A stretch of 64,000 bases of DNA from Chiloscyllium plagiosum (taxonomy: Eukaryota), in assembly GCF_004010195.1 (NCBI RefSeq), contig NC_057720.1, positions 29,979,829-30,043,828 of the forward strand. The letters are read 5' to 3'. Positions within the stretch are counted from its first letter, which is position 1; each line of letters opens with the position of its first letter. A program made the translations under genes and the position numbers. The notes beneath the pieces were generated by a model. That model was not told the origin of the DNA and did no database searches. It saw only the letters and a list, made by a program, of their open reading frames with translations. Positions 1-14,004 of this stretch are shown one piece after another.

Positions 1-2920
1 GCTCCACACAAAGGCCGCCTTGCTGATCTTTGAGGGGCCCTATTCTCTCCCTATTTACCCTTTTGTCCTTAATATATTTGTAAAAACCCTTTGGATTCTC
101 CTTACTTCTATTTGCCAAAGCTATCTCATGTCCCCTTTTTGCCCTCCTGGTTTCCCTCTTAAGTATACTCCTACTTTCTTTTTACTCTTCTAAGGATTCA
201 CTCGATCTATCCTGTCTATACCTGACATATGCTTCCTTCTTTTTCTTAACCAAACCCTCAATTTCTTTAGTCATCCAGCATTCCCTATACCTACCAGCCT
301 TTCCTTTCACCCTGACAGGAATATACTTTCTCTGGATTTTTGTTATCTCATTTCTGAAGGCTTTCCATTTTCCAGCTGTCCCTTTACCTGCGAAGATCTG
401 CTCTCAATCAGCTTTTGAAAGTTCTTGCCTAATGCCATCAAAATTGGCCTTTCTCCAATTTCAAACTTCAACTTTTAGATCTGGTCTATCCTTTTCCATC
501 ACTATTTTAAATCCAATAGAATTGTGATCGCTGGCCCCAAAGTGCTCCCCCACTGATACCTCAGTCACCTGCCCTGCCTTATTTCCTAAGAGTTGGTCAA
601 GTTTTGCACCTTCTCTAGTAGGTACATTACATACTGAATCAGAATATTTTCTTGTACACACTTAACAAATTCCTCTCCATCTAAACTCTTAACACTATGA
701 CAGTCCCAGTCTACGTTTGGAAAGTTAAAATCCCCTACCATAGCCACCCTATTATTCTTACAGATAGCTGAGATCTCCTTACAAGTTTGTTTCTCAATTT
801 CCCTCTGACTATTAGGGGGGCTATAATACAATCCCAATAAGGGGATCATCCCTTTCTTATTTCTCAGTTCCACCCAAATAACTTCCCTGGATGTATTTCC
901 GGGAATATCCTCCCTCAGCACAGCTGTAATACTATCCCTTATCAAAAACGTCACTCCCCCTCCTATCTTGCCTCCCTTTCTACCCTTCCTGTAGCATTTG
1001 TATCCTGGAACATTAAGCTGTCAGTCCTGTCCATCCCTGAGCCATGTTTGTGTAATTGCTATGATATCCCAGTCCCATGTTCCTAACCATGCCCTGAGTT
1101 CATCTGCCTTCCCCGTTAGGCCCCTTGTATTGAAATAAATGCAGTTTAATTTATTAGTCCAACTTTGTCCCTGCCTGACTTGACTGTTTGACTCGTTTCT
1201 GTTCCCAATGTACCAATCTCAGATTGATCTTTTTCCTCACTATCTCCCTGGGTCCCACCCCCCCACCTTACTAGTTTAAATCCACCCAAGCAGGTCTAGC
1301 AAATTTCCCTGCCAGTATATTAGTCCCCTTCCAATTAAGGTGCAATCCGTCCTTCTTGTACAGGTCACTTCTACCCCAAAAGAGATTCCAATGATCCAAA
1401 AATGTGAATTCTTCTCCCATACACCAACTCCTCAGCCATGCATTCATCTACTCTATCCTCCTATTCCTGCCCTAACTAGCTCATAGCACCGGGAGTATTC
1501 CAGATATTACTACTCTCGAGGATCTCCTTTTTAAATTCCTGCCTAACTCTGTAATCTCCCTTCAGAATCTCAACCTTTTCCCTTCCTATGTCATTGGTTC
1601 CAATGTGGACAATGACCTCTTGCTGGCCCCTCTGCCCCGTGAGAACATTCTGCACCCTCTCTGAGACATCCTTGATCCTGGCACCAGGTAAGCAACACAC
1701 CATTCTGACCTTTCGCTGCTGGCCACAGAAACGTCTGTCTGTACCTCGGACTAGAGAATCCCCAAATACAATAGGTCTCTTGGAACCCAACGTACTCCTC
1801 GTTGCATTAGAGCCAGTCTCAATACCAGAAACTTGGCTGTTTGTGCTACGTTCTCCTGAGAATCCATCACCCCCTACATTTTCCAAAACAGCATACTTGT
1901 TTGAAATGGGTATAGCCACAGAACACACCTGCACTAGGTGCCTACCTCTCTTACCTTTCCTGGAGTTAACCCATCTATGTGACTTTCCCCCCTTTCTATA
2001 CCTGCCATCTGCCAACATACTGTTGCTGTTGCAAATTCCTCATTGCTTCTAACTGTCTCTCCAACTAATCCATTCGATCTGATAAGATTCGCAACCAACA
2101 GCATTTATTGCAGATATAATCCGCAATAACCTTAAACTCTCTTTAAACTCCCACATCTGACAAGAAGCACATATCACTCTACTAAAGGTCATTTTTGCTC
2201 CTTCACAATCTACAGACTCAGAAAATAACACGGTCTTATTCCTCTACAAAACACTGCCCCAGGTTAGATTAATAGTTATGGCTTATATTTTAAGTTTAAT
2301 CAAGAGACAACTCAAAAAACATATAATCAAGAAAGAACCCTCTCTACTCACTACTGCAGCCTTACTGTAAGCCAATTAAAACAATTCACTTATCTGCTTC
2401 TGTGCTGTGAACTTCGCCCAAACAGGTTCCTCCAAGATAGTTGTGAATTTCACTGTTTGTTAATTTTCCCAGACACACTCCGATATCCAACAATACATGA
2501 ATTCAAACAGCAAAGACAGTAACTACGCAGGTACCCTGTGGTGTCAGTTTCTTTCTCTCTCTCTCTCTCTCTCCCCCCAGCACTGACCACACCATGTGCT
2601 TCCTTGTGAATTTCACTGTTTGTTAATTTTCCCAGACACACTCCGATATCCAACAATACATGAATTCAAACAGCAAAGACAGTAACTGCGCAGGTACCCT
2701 GTGGTGTCAGTTTCTCTCTCTCTCTCTCTCTCCCCAGCACTGACCACACCATGTGCTTCCTTTGTCTGTTATTCTCCCTTTTAAAACTGCTGTTGTTTTG
2801 ACTTTTTTTCCCCAAAGTTCCAAAACAATGCAACAGCATATAAAACAGCATATTGCTGCTCCTGGAATTCGAGGAAATCCCCTCCAACACCTAAAATACC
2901 TCAAAAAAGGAGCAGCTGTT
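1..2920 (-). mobile_element. CR1 LINE, 5' portion (5' UTR, ORF1 zinc finger plus SGNH esterase, ORF2 AP endonuclease); frameshifted; continues beyond the window start
   Basis: ICASCQMWE; IVFGDSLVRGTDRRFCG...MVCCLPGARIKDV...VIVHIGTNDIG; VAMVGDFNFPNVDW; GASDHNSI. Confidence 0.93.
2441..2760. repeat. Near-perfect tandem duplication (163 + 157 bp) in the CR1 5' UTR, each unit containing a (CT)n tract
   Basis: ttgtgaatttcactgtttgtt starts at both 2441 and 2604; units differ by one substitution outside the CT tract and within the tract. Confidence 0.95.
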
Positions 2921-2999
2921 ACTGATATGTTAGAATTTTCCATTCAGGTTGAAAATGGTGTAAGAATGAAAAGTAATACTGGATCTTAATTCTAACCAA

Positions 3000-3935
3000 A
3001 TGGAACAATGGAGGCATAAGGGAAAGCTGACTGTGGTGGTTGGGATAGTAAAAGATGTGAAAATAAACAAACAATGCTTCGTGTTTGAAGAATTAATACA
3101 TGCTTTACAAAAACATACATCCATTTAAGATGCAAACACCCAACAGGAAAAGTGAGTCAAGTGAGGCTAAGAAAGGAAGTTAAAGATTTCATTAGATTAG
3201 GAAGGAAGAGGTTTATAAAATTGCCAAAAGGTTAGTAAGCCTGAAGATCAGAACATTGTACAGCACCAAGAAACTAATAAAGGGGCAATATAATATGAAG
3301 GTAAACTAGCAAGAACCACAAAGACATTCAAGCTCCTTAACATATATGAAAAGGAAAGAGAAAAACTAAAAAGGGAATTATGAGCCTAGTGGAGGCAAAG
3401 GCAAGACCATTTATAATGGGAAATAGGGAACTGGCAAAGAAGATAGATGACTGTTTTGCATTTGTCTTCAAGGAGAAAGATACTAAACATTTCCGAGATA
3501 AAATAATGATTCAAGGAACTAGTGGAAATAAGGGATCAAAAGAAATCAAGAAATAAGCAGTGTAAAATAAATTAATTTGAGTAAAAGTTGATGAACCTTT
3601 GGGGTCTCATTATATATTTCGGAGTGTTGAAAGAGGTTACAAGAGACATAGTTTTAAGAATCTATGAACATACGAAATAGGAGCAGGAGTAGGCCATCTG
3701 GCCCATCGAGCCTGCTCCACCATTAAGATGATGGTTGATCTATTCGTGGACTCAGCTCCACTTACCCACCAGCTCATCATTACCCTTACTTCCTTTACTG
3801 TTCAAAACTTTATCAATCTTTGCCTTTAAAATGTTTAATGAGGTAGCCTTGGTCATGGACTATTGCTGGTTATCTTTTAAGATTCCATGGATTCTGGAAT
3901 GATGCTTGTTGATTGTGAAGTTGCAAACATAATCA
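3000..3935 (+). mobile_element. Old CR1 ORF2 remnant with a nested minus-strand CR1 3' tail (~3660-3850)
   Basis: Decayed tether-region similarity to 23030-23800; tail motif gaaataggagcaggagtaggccat. Confidence 0.6.
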
Positions 3936-5381
3936 TAAATTAGAATACAATTTCCCGACTAAAAGAGGCTTTTAAAAAGCACATATTTTGCATTTTGCCT
4001 CTATCTTTAAAGAGAGGATGCTAATGTCTCTTCTTATTGTCCATTTTGTTTTGAATTTAAAGAGACAGTTTAAAATGGAACATGCTCCAGCAGCAGAACC
4101 AAGTCATGCACCAAGATGTAGAGAAAGCGAGAGCAAAAAAAAACTTATTGATTGCACTTTGGTGGCATGGATGAAAAAGGCCTTTTTTGTGAATTGAAAT
4201 TTGAACAGAAATGGATAGCTTTAACTTTGATACATCTGCTTTTGAGTCTGTCTGAACAGTACTGCACTTGCCAACAATGAATCATGTGTGACTTAGACAG
4301 AATAATATCAAGCATTCTTTCAAAATAAAAAAATGGAATAGTTGTAACACACATCAGTGTTCATGAAGTGTTTTTATTTTTAATGGATCTGTGTTAATAA
4401 ATTGAGGGATTATAATCAAGTTCAGATTTGAGGTCATTCTATCTCATACTGATTGTTGAACTGGAATAATCATCGTTGCAGCATTTATTAAAGCAATTTC
4501 AAAATTACATTAGTAGTACTGTGGCAACAAATACATTAATAAGGCAACAGAAATTGCAAGCCAATTTCAGTCCAAACGTTTGTGTTGAATTCCCTCTGGA
4601 AGTTATGTGAGTGAGATTTAACATGTACTGTAGTAATTTTACTAACTAGAGTGACAAGGCTCAGGGTTTGCTACATTGACTTGGAACCATTATGTGAAAA
4701 TGTAGCTCTGTAATGTTTTACAGGACTGAGAAAAACCCCCTGCTGTTGTGTAATTTCACGCTGTAGAGACTGATAGGGCTTCCAACAGAGTGATCCTTTA
4801 TGGATCAAATAATTCTCCAGTGCCTTTCCTAGGGCAATGAAAATTATCTATTTCATTAACTCTTTAAAGTGACATCTCCGAGCTAAATGTTGACTGCAAA
4901 CTTCCTCCATTCTAACAATGAATAGGTCCCCCAAGAAGAGGAGGTGGTCAATTATAAGCCAAAAGTGGACTTATTTGGACAAGATCAGTGCAGGATGGGC
5001 AAGAAACCTAATTTACTGGAAAGAATCGATTCAGGTGGGCTTCCTTATTTTGCCAGGAGCTGGCAGGAATGCCTTCTATAAAAGCAGTCCCTTTGGGCCT
5101 TCAAGTCATCATCATGGTGCTCATAACACATAAGAAAAGTGGGAACACTGAAAGCCATTTTTTTTAAGACAAAGATTGACCTTTGATCTGCCTGGGCATT
5201 AGGACCACTGTTAAATTATTTGAGGCACCTTTTGTTTAGATGGCCATCAGGTGAGCACAGGCCTCATATCAATATTGAAATGAGGCTTCTGTGTCCCCCT
5301 CAGATCCAGGATCCAAAAGTCATTTAGATTAGTTAGAACTCACAGTGTGCAACAACTCAGTTCTCCTGAACAGATGTGTTC

Positions 5382-5569
5382 CCAGTTACCCCCCTCTCCT
5401 AGTGACTCCTCATTTCAATTCCCTCCTTCCTCAATCATCTCTCTCTGTGTTACCTCCTCAACCAGTCACCCCACTCTTCTGGTCACCTGTCTCTCCCAAT
5501 TCCCTCCTCTCCTAGTCACTCTGCTCTCTCAGATCCCCCTTCTCACAGTTATCCCCCTCTCTCAGTCAC
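5382..5569. repeat. Degenerate ~16-bp pyrimidine-rich minisatellite (approx. CAGTCACCCCCTCTCT)
   Basis: Recurrent cagttac/cagtcac/tagtcac/tggtcac at ~16-bp spacing. Confidence 0.6.
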
Positions 5570-6110
5570 ATGTTGGAGATGTATAAAACTTTGGTTAGGC
5601 AACAATGGAGTACTGTGTGCAGTTCTGGTCACCACACTATAAGAAAGATGTGATTGCGCTGGAGAAGATGCAGGATGTTGCCTGCTTTGGGGCATTTTAG
5701 CAATGAAGAGAGACTGGATGGACTGGGATTATTTACTTTAGAGCAGAGAAGGCTGAGGCAGGGAAACTTGATTGAGGTGTATATGAGGGGCGTGGACAGT
5801 GTGGATAGGAAGCAGCTGCTCCCCTCAAGTGAAGTGTTAGTAGCAAGGGAGCATCATATTAAGGGCAAGGGCAGTAGGCATCAAAGGGATTTGGGAAGAA
5901 AACATTTTCAACTAGAATGTGTTGGAGTGCAATGCCTGATAGGGTAGTAGAGGTAGAAAACCTCGCAACCTTTAAAAGATATGTTGGTGATTTCTTGAAA
6001 TGTCACAACATTCAAAACTATGAACCAAGTGTTAGAAATTGGGATTAGTGTAGATAGGTTACCACAGGCTTGATGGGCCGAAGGGTCACTTCTGTCCTGT
6101 ATGACTCCAT
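5570..6110 (+). mobile_element. CR1 3' fragment
   Basis: gagtactgtgtgcagttctggtcacc; EERLDGLGLFTLEQRRLR; 3' tail. Confidence 0.85.
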
Positions 6111-6289
6111 GACTTGGTAACCCCTACTCTTGTAAACCCTGACTATGCCACACACAATGGCCAATAATTCAAGTAATCAATTCAGTAGCAGATGTCTGCT
6201 AGTATAATATAAATGATATTTGAGACCCAGTATCAGGTGGATTTTGGCACACATGTTCCAGCATGGAGGTCAATTCTTGCTTGAGAGGG

Positions 6290-7535
6290 TCAGACTAAAT
6301 CAATTCTTTGAAGAGGTAACAAGTAGGTTAGACCAGGGAAACCCAGTGGATGTTATCTACCTAGATTTCCAAGAGGCCTTTGATAAGGTGTCTCACGGGA
6401 GGCTACCGAAAAAGGTGAGGCTTATGGTGTTCGAGATGAGCTATTGGCATGGGTTGAAGATTAGCTGTCTGACAGAAGGCAGAGAGTTGGAATAAAAAGT
6501 TCTTTTTTGGAATGGCAGCTAGTGAGAAGTAGTGTCCTGCAGGGTTCAGTATTGGAGCCACAGCTGTTCACTTTATATATTAATGCTCTGGATGAAGGGA
6601 CCGGGGGCATCCTGTGAAGTTATCCGATGATATGAAGTTAGGCGGACAGGCAGGTATTTCTGAGGAGGTGGGGAGGCTGCAGAAAGATTTAGACAGTTTA
6701 GGAGAGTGGTCCAAGAAATGCTTTATGAAATTCAATGTGGTCAAATGTGAGGTCTTGCACTTTGGAAAGAAGAATACAGGCATGGACTATTTTCTAAACT
6801 GTGAGAATATTCATTAAGCCAAAGTACAAAGGGATCTGGGAGTGCTAGTTAGGATTCTCGAAAGGTTGACTAGCAGGTTGAGTCGGCGGTTAAGAAAACA
6901 AATGTAATGTCATTTATCTCAAAAGGGTTGGAATATAAAAGCAACAATGTGCTACTGAGACTTTATAAAGCTCTAGTTAGGCCCCATTTAGAATACTGTG
7001 TCCAATTCTGGGCCCCACACCTCAGGAAGGACATACTGGTACTGGAGTGTGTCCAGCAGAGATTCACATGGATGATCCCTGGAATGATAGGCCTAATGGC
7101 CGAGGATCCTGGGATTGTATTCATTAGAGTTTAGAAGGTTGAGGGAAGATCTAATAGAAACTTACAAGTTAATGCATGGCTTAGAAAGGGTGGACGCTGG
7201 GAAATTGTTTCCATTAGGCGGGGATACTAGGAACCGTGGGCACAGCCTTAGAATTAGAGGGGGTCAATTTAGAATGGAAATGAGGAGACATTTCTTCAGC
7301 CAGAGAGTAGTGGGCCTGTGGAATTCATTGCAATGGAGTGCAGTGGAGGCCAGGACGTTAAATGTCTTCAAGGCAGAAATTGATAAATTCTTGATCTCGC
7401 AAGGAATTAAGGGCTACGGGGAGAGTGCGGGTAAGTAGCATTGAAATGCCCATCAGCCATGATTGAATGGTGGAGTGGACTTGATGGGCTGAATGGCCTT
7501 ACTTCCGCTCCTCTGTCTAATGGTCTTATGGTCTT
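6290..7535 (+). mobile_element. CR1 RT and 3' end, 5'-truncated, frameshifted
   Basis: VDVIYLDFQEAFDKV; LYKALVRPHLEYCVQFWAP; tail tggtcttatggtctta. Confidence 0.93.
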
Positions 7536-7554
7536 ATAATTTCAAGACTAATAC

Positions 7555-8360
7555 CTTGTTTTTATTTATTGTTTCATGGGAGTGAGTGTTGCTGGCAAGA
7601 CCAACAGTTCTTACACATCCGTATTTGCCTTTGAGAAGGCGTTAGCGAGACGCCTTCTTCAGCCTTTGCAATTCATGTGGTTAAGAAGGGGATTTCAGAA
7701 TTCTGGCTGAGAAACAATGAAACAACTATAGTATTGTTCCATGTCAGGATGATCTGTCAGTTGGAGGGGAACTTGCAAGTAGCACTCTTCCCATAAGTCT
7801 GTCATCCTTGTAGGTAGTAGAGATCATTGTTAGAAGATATTGTAGAAGGAACCTTAGCATGTTGCTGCAATGCATCTTATGGTATGTACTGTTGCTAATC
7901 TGTGCCACTAATGGAAGGGATAAATCGTTATGGTAATAGATAGGTCCTGATAAAGCAAGCTGCTAGATGGTGTTCATCTTCTTGAGCAGTGTTGGAGCTA
8001 CAAGGCTGGTGTAATTAAGTATCTGTAACCCCAGAATGATGGTGGGGATTTAACAAAGCTATTACAGATTCATGAAATGGTTGATTCTCTTTTGTTGGAG
8101 ATGATCATTTCCTGGCACTTGTACAACAAGATGAAAATTACTAGCCACTTATGAGCACAAGCCTGATTATTGTCCAGGTCTTGCTGTATTTAGATTCAGA
8201 GTTCTTCAGACTCCGGGGAGTTACAAACACTGTGTAACTATCAACAAACATCCCCGCTCTTGATGTTATAATGGAAGGAAGGCCAATTATGAAACAAATG
8301 AAGATGGTAGGACCTAGGGCACTACTCTGAGGAACCCCTGCAATGGTATCAATGTGCAAT
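7555..8360 (-). mobile_element. Old non-LTR retrotransposon fragment of a distinct CR1/L2-group family (RT to 3' end)
   Basis: AGVPQSSALGPTIFICFIIGLPS...GMFVD resembles GVPQGSVLGP...MFADD. Confidence 0.75.
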
Positions 8361-9519
8361 AGCTTGTCCTGCTAAAGTAGGTCTGTAGAATATTGAAAGT
8401 CACACAATGGTCACATCATCATTTAAGTTGCAAAAAATGTAAAAACTTGCAAAATGTCTACCTATAGCAAACAAAATTGTGCTATTTTTCATTTCAGAGA
8501 CATAGTTTTCCTCCACTAATAGACTGAGTAAGGAGGCTAGCAATGTTAAATGAATAGCATAACTAGAAATCAATCTATTCTTTATAAGTGACAATATGGG
8601 AGGAACATTTATTGTTAACACTTTTTACTGTACCAGCATATTTGATGAGTAGATGATTTACCCAGCTCTGGCAAAACTAAACTTGAATTTCAATTACTTT
8701 AAGAGCTAAATAGTGCTGTGAATGATGAAGTGAAAGATGTCCCATTTCCACAGATAGTCGTTCCTCAAATTAATGAGGCTATGCACCCAGGCACACACTC
8801 TCACTAAGACACTCACACCAGTTAAAAACAATAGGAAGCAGAAAGACATACATCCATCCATTGACACACACACAGAGATGCAGATAAGATACATATGTCG
8901 CTGTTTTTATCTTTTGCTTTTTTGAGAATTACACAAAGAGAAGCCATGTATAAGGTAAGACTTACTGAAATTGTAAATGTAACAGACAGAAGGGATGGGA
9001 TGCAGGCAACTTCATGACAGTTTTATTCAAGTACTTCAGATACATTTTCCATCAACCCTTCGGAAGGATAATCCCACAATCAGCCATAGAAACAGAATTC
9101 ATACAAGTATTTGTTAAATGAGGTATTTTGTACCTCTTGTACTGACTTGTACCTCAAGTGGGCATCCTGCATTTGACTCTCAGGCTTGAGGCTGCTAAAT
9201 CCTATTTCAGTAGATTTTCATCAGAATTGCATATCAAGTCCACACACACCAAATTTAACAGCATAAACACCAGGAAACATTTTAATGTAAAGACCACTTT
9301 TTTAATGCTAAGGTCTCTTCAAGCCTATTTAAAGAGTCATTCTTAATGTATGCCTTCGCCTTAAAAATTGAAACTTAGCATTTGGATTACTCTTAAAGCC
9401 AAAGAGCATTCAGATCATACAGTAAGTCCCTTTACATTTACTGCAGACTCGCAATTTTACAGCTACAACCAGTGAAACCACTATTACGCTGCTGTCACCT
9501 CCAGATTAATCTCCCCAAT

Positions 9520-9725
9520 AACCAGAAACAGAGTGTGCTAGAGAAATAAGCAGATCTGACATCATCTGTAGAGAGAAAACAAAGTTAATGCTTTGAGTCC
9601 TATAATGCTTTGTCAGAATGTTCCTACGAAGGCTCATTGGACTCAAAACATTAACTTTGTTCTCTTTCGACAGATGCCACCAGACCAGTTATGTTTCTCC
9701 CGGACTCTTTTTATTTCAGATTTCC
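9520..9725. mobile_element. Decayed palindromic Penelope-terminus element
   Basis: acaaagttaatgctttgagtcc / ggactcaaaacattaactttgt inverted about ~9618; same family as the arms at 51104-52003. Confidence 0.7.
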
Positions 9726-9914
9726 GGTTTATTTCAGTTTATGTCACTCTCTCCAATTGTGTCCTTGTCTGTCACCTTTTACAGGACACAACTTGCCTGC
9801 AACTCTGATGCTTGAAATCTCTTTTCTAATATTTTCCATGTCTTTATTGCTCTGTCCTTACCAAGCCATCACCACTCCCCAACACTTGAATTTACGTTTA
9901 TCCTCACCAGCATG

Positions 9915-10080
9915 TTTGATTTGATTCGATTTGATTTATTGTAGTCACATGTACCTAGGTACAGTGAAAAACTTTGCTTTGTGAGTAGTACAGGCAGACC
10001 ATAGCAAAGAAGGATATACAGATCAGAGAGTGCTTAGACAGAGTGAGGCATACAAGGTTACAACTGCACAGGAGATGCGA
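9915..10080 (-). mobile_element. LINE 3' tail, possibly Rex1/Babar-type
   Basis: (ttgat)n tail next to ttattgtagtcacatgtacc...tacagtgaaaa; family assigned from recall only. Confidence 0.4.
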
Positions 10081-10529
10081 TTGCCTCAGCTTTGTCGATT
10101 TGTGCAATCTCCTACAGTTCTATGTTTCAGCATGTCTACTCTCCTTTTCCACTTCTTTTGTAATAGAGCCTTAAGCTATTTCAGTTCCACATCTAGAATG
10201 TTGTCAAGACATGTCTACTACAGAAAACTACTCATAATTCAGAACTTATTGACAGTAACTTGTAAATCATACTCAGGTACCTAGAGCTGGAAGTAAAAAT
10301 GTTGCAGTGGAATCGGGATTAATACAGTGGTTGGCATAGATGAAGGGAGGTTTCTCCATTGTTATGATAATGATAGGCATGGACTATCAACTTTCAACTT
10401 TCATTAACTGATTTTAATACCCAAGACATTCAATGGACTGAATGAACAGGACAAATACTGAGCTATCATGACTACTGTGTAATCATCTGACCACAAACTG
10501 AGGCAAGCTGTTTGAAACTAGTGTGAGAG

Positions 10530-12232
10530 ATAGTCAAGATTAGAGTGGTGCTGGAAAAGCACAGCAGGTCACCAGCATCCAAGGAGCAGGAAAATTGACA
10601 TTTTGGGCAAAAGCCCTTCATCAGGAATAAGGCAGGAAGCCTCAGGGGTGGAGAGATAAATGTGGTTGTGGGGGGGGGGGTTGCTGGTGAGAAGGTACCT
10701 AAGAGTGCAGTAGGTGGTTGGAGGTGGAAATGAAGGTGATAGGTGGGAGAGGAGGGTGGATCGGATGGGTGGGAAGGAAAATTGCCAGGTAGGACAGGTC
10801 ATGAGGATTGTCCTGAGCTGGCAGGTTGGAACTGGGATAAGGTGGGGAGGTGGAGGGGAAGGGGAAATGAGGAAACTGGTGAAGTCCACATTGATGCCCT
10901 GGGGTTGAAGTATTCCGAGGCGGAAGATGAGGCGTTCTTCCTCTAGGCATTGGGTGGTGAGGGAGTGGCGGTGGAGGAGGCCCAGGACCCTTGAAATGTT
11001 CAGCCAAGGGGCAGTGGGGTGGATTGGTGCATGTGTCCCAGAGATGTTCCCTAAAGGGCTCTGCAAGAAGGCATCCAGTCTCCCCAATGTAAAGGAGTCT
11101 GCATCTGGAGCAACGGATACAATAAATGACATTGGTGGAAGTACAGGTGAAACTTTGATGGATGTGGAAGGCTCCTTTGAGGCCTTGGATGGAAGTGTGG
11201 GGGGAGGTGTGTGTGCAGGTTTTGTAATTCCTGTGGTAGCAGAGGAAGGTGCCAGGAGGGGAGGGTGGGTTGTTGGGGGGCGTGGACCTGACCAGGTAGT
11301 CAAGGAGGGAATGGTCTTTGTGGAAAGCAGATAGGGATGGGGAGGGAAATATATCCCTGGTGGTGGGGTCTGTTTGTAGGTGGCGGAAATGTCGGCAGAT
11401 GATGCAGTTTATGCGGTGGTTGGTAGGGTGAAAGGTGTCCATGTTGTGATTGGAGGGGTGGGGTTTGAGGGCAGAGGTGCGGGATATGGGTGAGATGAGT
11501 TGGAGGGCATTTTCAACCATATGGGAAGGGAAATTACGTTGTTTAAAGAAGGAGGCCATCTGTTGTGTTCTGTGGTGGAACTGGTCCTCCTGGGAGCAGA
11601 TACGGCAGAGGCGGAGGAATTGGGAGTACAGGAGAGCATCTTTGCAGGAGGTAGAGAGGGAAGAGATATAATCCAGGTAGCTGTGGGAGTTGGTGTGTTT
11701 GTAAAAAATGTCAGTGTTGAGTCATCATTGATGGAGATGGAGAGGTCCAGGAAGGGGAGGGAGGTGTCAGAGATGGTCCAGGTGAATTTAAAGTTGGGGT
11801 GGAATGTATTGGTGAAATTGATGAACTTGCTCAACCTCCTCATGGTGGCGCCGATGCAGTCATCGATGTAGTGGAGGAAGAGGTTGGGAGTAGTGCCGGT
11901 GTAACTATGGAAGATGGACTGTTCTACGTAGCTAACAAAAAGACAGGCATAACTAGGGCCCATGCAGGTGCCCAGGGCTACTCCTTTTGTATGGAGGAAG
12001 TGGGAGGATTTGAAGGAGAAATTGTTCAGGGTGAGGACCAGTTCAGCCAAATGAATGAGAGTGTCAGTGGAAGGGTACTGGTGGGGATGTCGGGAGAGGA
12101 AGAAACAGAGGGCTTGGAGGCCCTGGTCATGGCGGATGGAGGTGTAGAGGGATTGAATATCCATGGTGAAGATGGGTGTTAAGGGCCAGGGAAATGGAAG
12201 TCTTGGAGGAGGTGGAGGGCGTGGGTGGTGAG
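10530..12232 (-). mobile_element. Penelope-like retroelement, 5'-truncated, frameshifted (RT, GIY-YIG endonuclease, 3' pLTR)
   Basis: MDIQSLYTSI, GVALGTCMGPSYACLFV, FLHYIDD; NVIYCIRCSRCRLLYIGETG; EERLIFRLGILQPQGINVDF. Confidence 0.93.
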
Positions 12233-12744
12233 AGATAGAAATCTGTCTGTAATGAAGTTTATACTTCATCCGAAGACAGTGAAGTCGATCACCGTGAAAG
12301 TTGCACCTCTTGTTTAATTCATACTTGCGTGATACATTCACATATTGTGAGATGAAAGGCTAGCTGTGGAGTATTCAATCTGTTAGGACAATGAAGCAGA
12401 CTCAGGAATGTACAAAGGAGCCAACTCAACAGCTTTGAGCAGCAAAGTGGAGAAAAATAATTATAAACTGATAACAAGATGCTGAAGATTCCTGTTTCTG
12501 GGTTTTTCTTTTAACCTGAAACCCTGTGCCCAAAGTTAAAGCAACTTTGAACAACAAACATTCACTGAGAATTCAAACTTTGTCACTGCTGCAGAATGTA
12601 AGTCAATAACAAATAGCTGACCTGAGGTGTAAAATCAAATACTTCAAGGATTTTAAGATCTTTAAATCATATTTATTTTAACCTCTACTCTTTACTACAT
12701 ACATTCCTTGCTCCTTTTTAAAATTATTACCTGTGCTTGTGTAT

Positions 12745-13010
12745 AAGAATATAAGAACATAAGAGCTTGGAGAAGGAGTAGACAATTGAGCCCTTCAAGC
12801 CTGCTCTACCATTTAATAGGATCATGGCTGATTTCATCTTGACACCAACTCCACTTCCTTGCCCGCTCTCCTCAATCCTTCAATCTATTCCTAATTAAAA
12901 ATTTGACTATCTCCTTGTATTGATTCAAGGTCCCATCATCCACTGTTCTCTGGGGTAGTGAATTCCACAAATTCATGACCTTTGAAAGAAGTAATTTGTC
13001 CTCATTTCTG
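12745..13010 (-). mobile_element. CR1 3' tail
   Basis: ataagaatataagaacataaga tail and gaattccacaaattcatgacc. Confidence 0.75.
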
Positions 13011-14004
13011 CATGTGTTTGATATCTCAATTTAATTATTTTCTCAAGGTTAGAAAGTAATAAAATTTCTTTCTTACACAAAAGAAAATCTTGCATTTTGG
13101 CTCCTACATTTTGATCAGGTTAATTAATTTTAATTGTAATAGTTACACTTGAGAGAGAAAAAAAATTATTTGTTGAGATTGGTCAAGAGGATGCTAAAAG
13201 AAGGGAAATCAGTTCCTTCTCCTCCTCAGTTGGTCATAACACCATATATTAACCAGCATATGTTTTCACAGACAGTTTAACAAAGGAAAATGCTGGGGCA
13301 AGTGAGAATATTTCCATTCCATTAATGACCATTTCTTCACACGATGAGCTAAGAATTTATCTCCCTAAAAAGTGATTGCTATTGACTAAAAGCCAAGAAC
13401 AAATAATTCACTGCCAAGCTTGAAGATGGCTAATTAGAGCCTCTTGTGAAAAGAAAATAAAGCATGAGCAGAAAACATTGTACTCAGTTCGGCAGAGGGA
13501 GGGTTAATTGATGTACTACCATGATTTTCTACTCAGTTACAGTCATTTTAAGCAGGGGCTTGGATAAATAGTAACCTTAACAGTAATAAATGGATTGCAG
13601 TACAACAAAGTGCTTCATTCAGCTAAACCTATCAGTGCATTGCAGACTCCATGCATTATATTTCCTCTAATATTTCAGCACAGGTTTAGGCAGAATAAGC
13701 AAAATCCTATAATATTACAAATAGTCAGCCTCTAAATTGGTCATGGAGCCCCACAGACAGATAAGTGGGCACTTGGTGGGTACCTGCTGAATGCCACTTA
13801 CTATTCCATCAACAAGAAAGTGCTTCATGAGGTGAGCATTATGACCGTTAGCTTCATGACTCTCTGTAATTACATATTGAATGTTCCTGTTTTTACTGGA
13901 AATTTCAAAGATACTTTCTACAAGATTTTTTTTCCTTGTTATTAATGAATAAAGCATTAGCCACTGAGATGACATTACCATTGTTAAATTTGTTGTGAAC
14001 TGAG

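Noticed and set aside
1476..2018. Cellular SGNH esterase gene
   Set aside because: It is CR1 ORF1, directly upstream of the endonuclease ORF.
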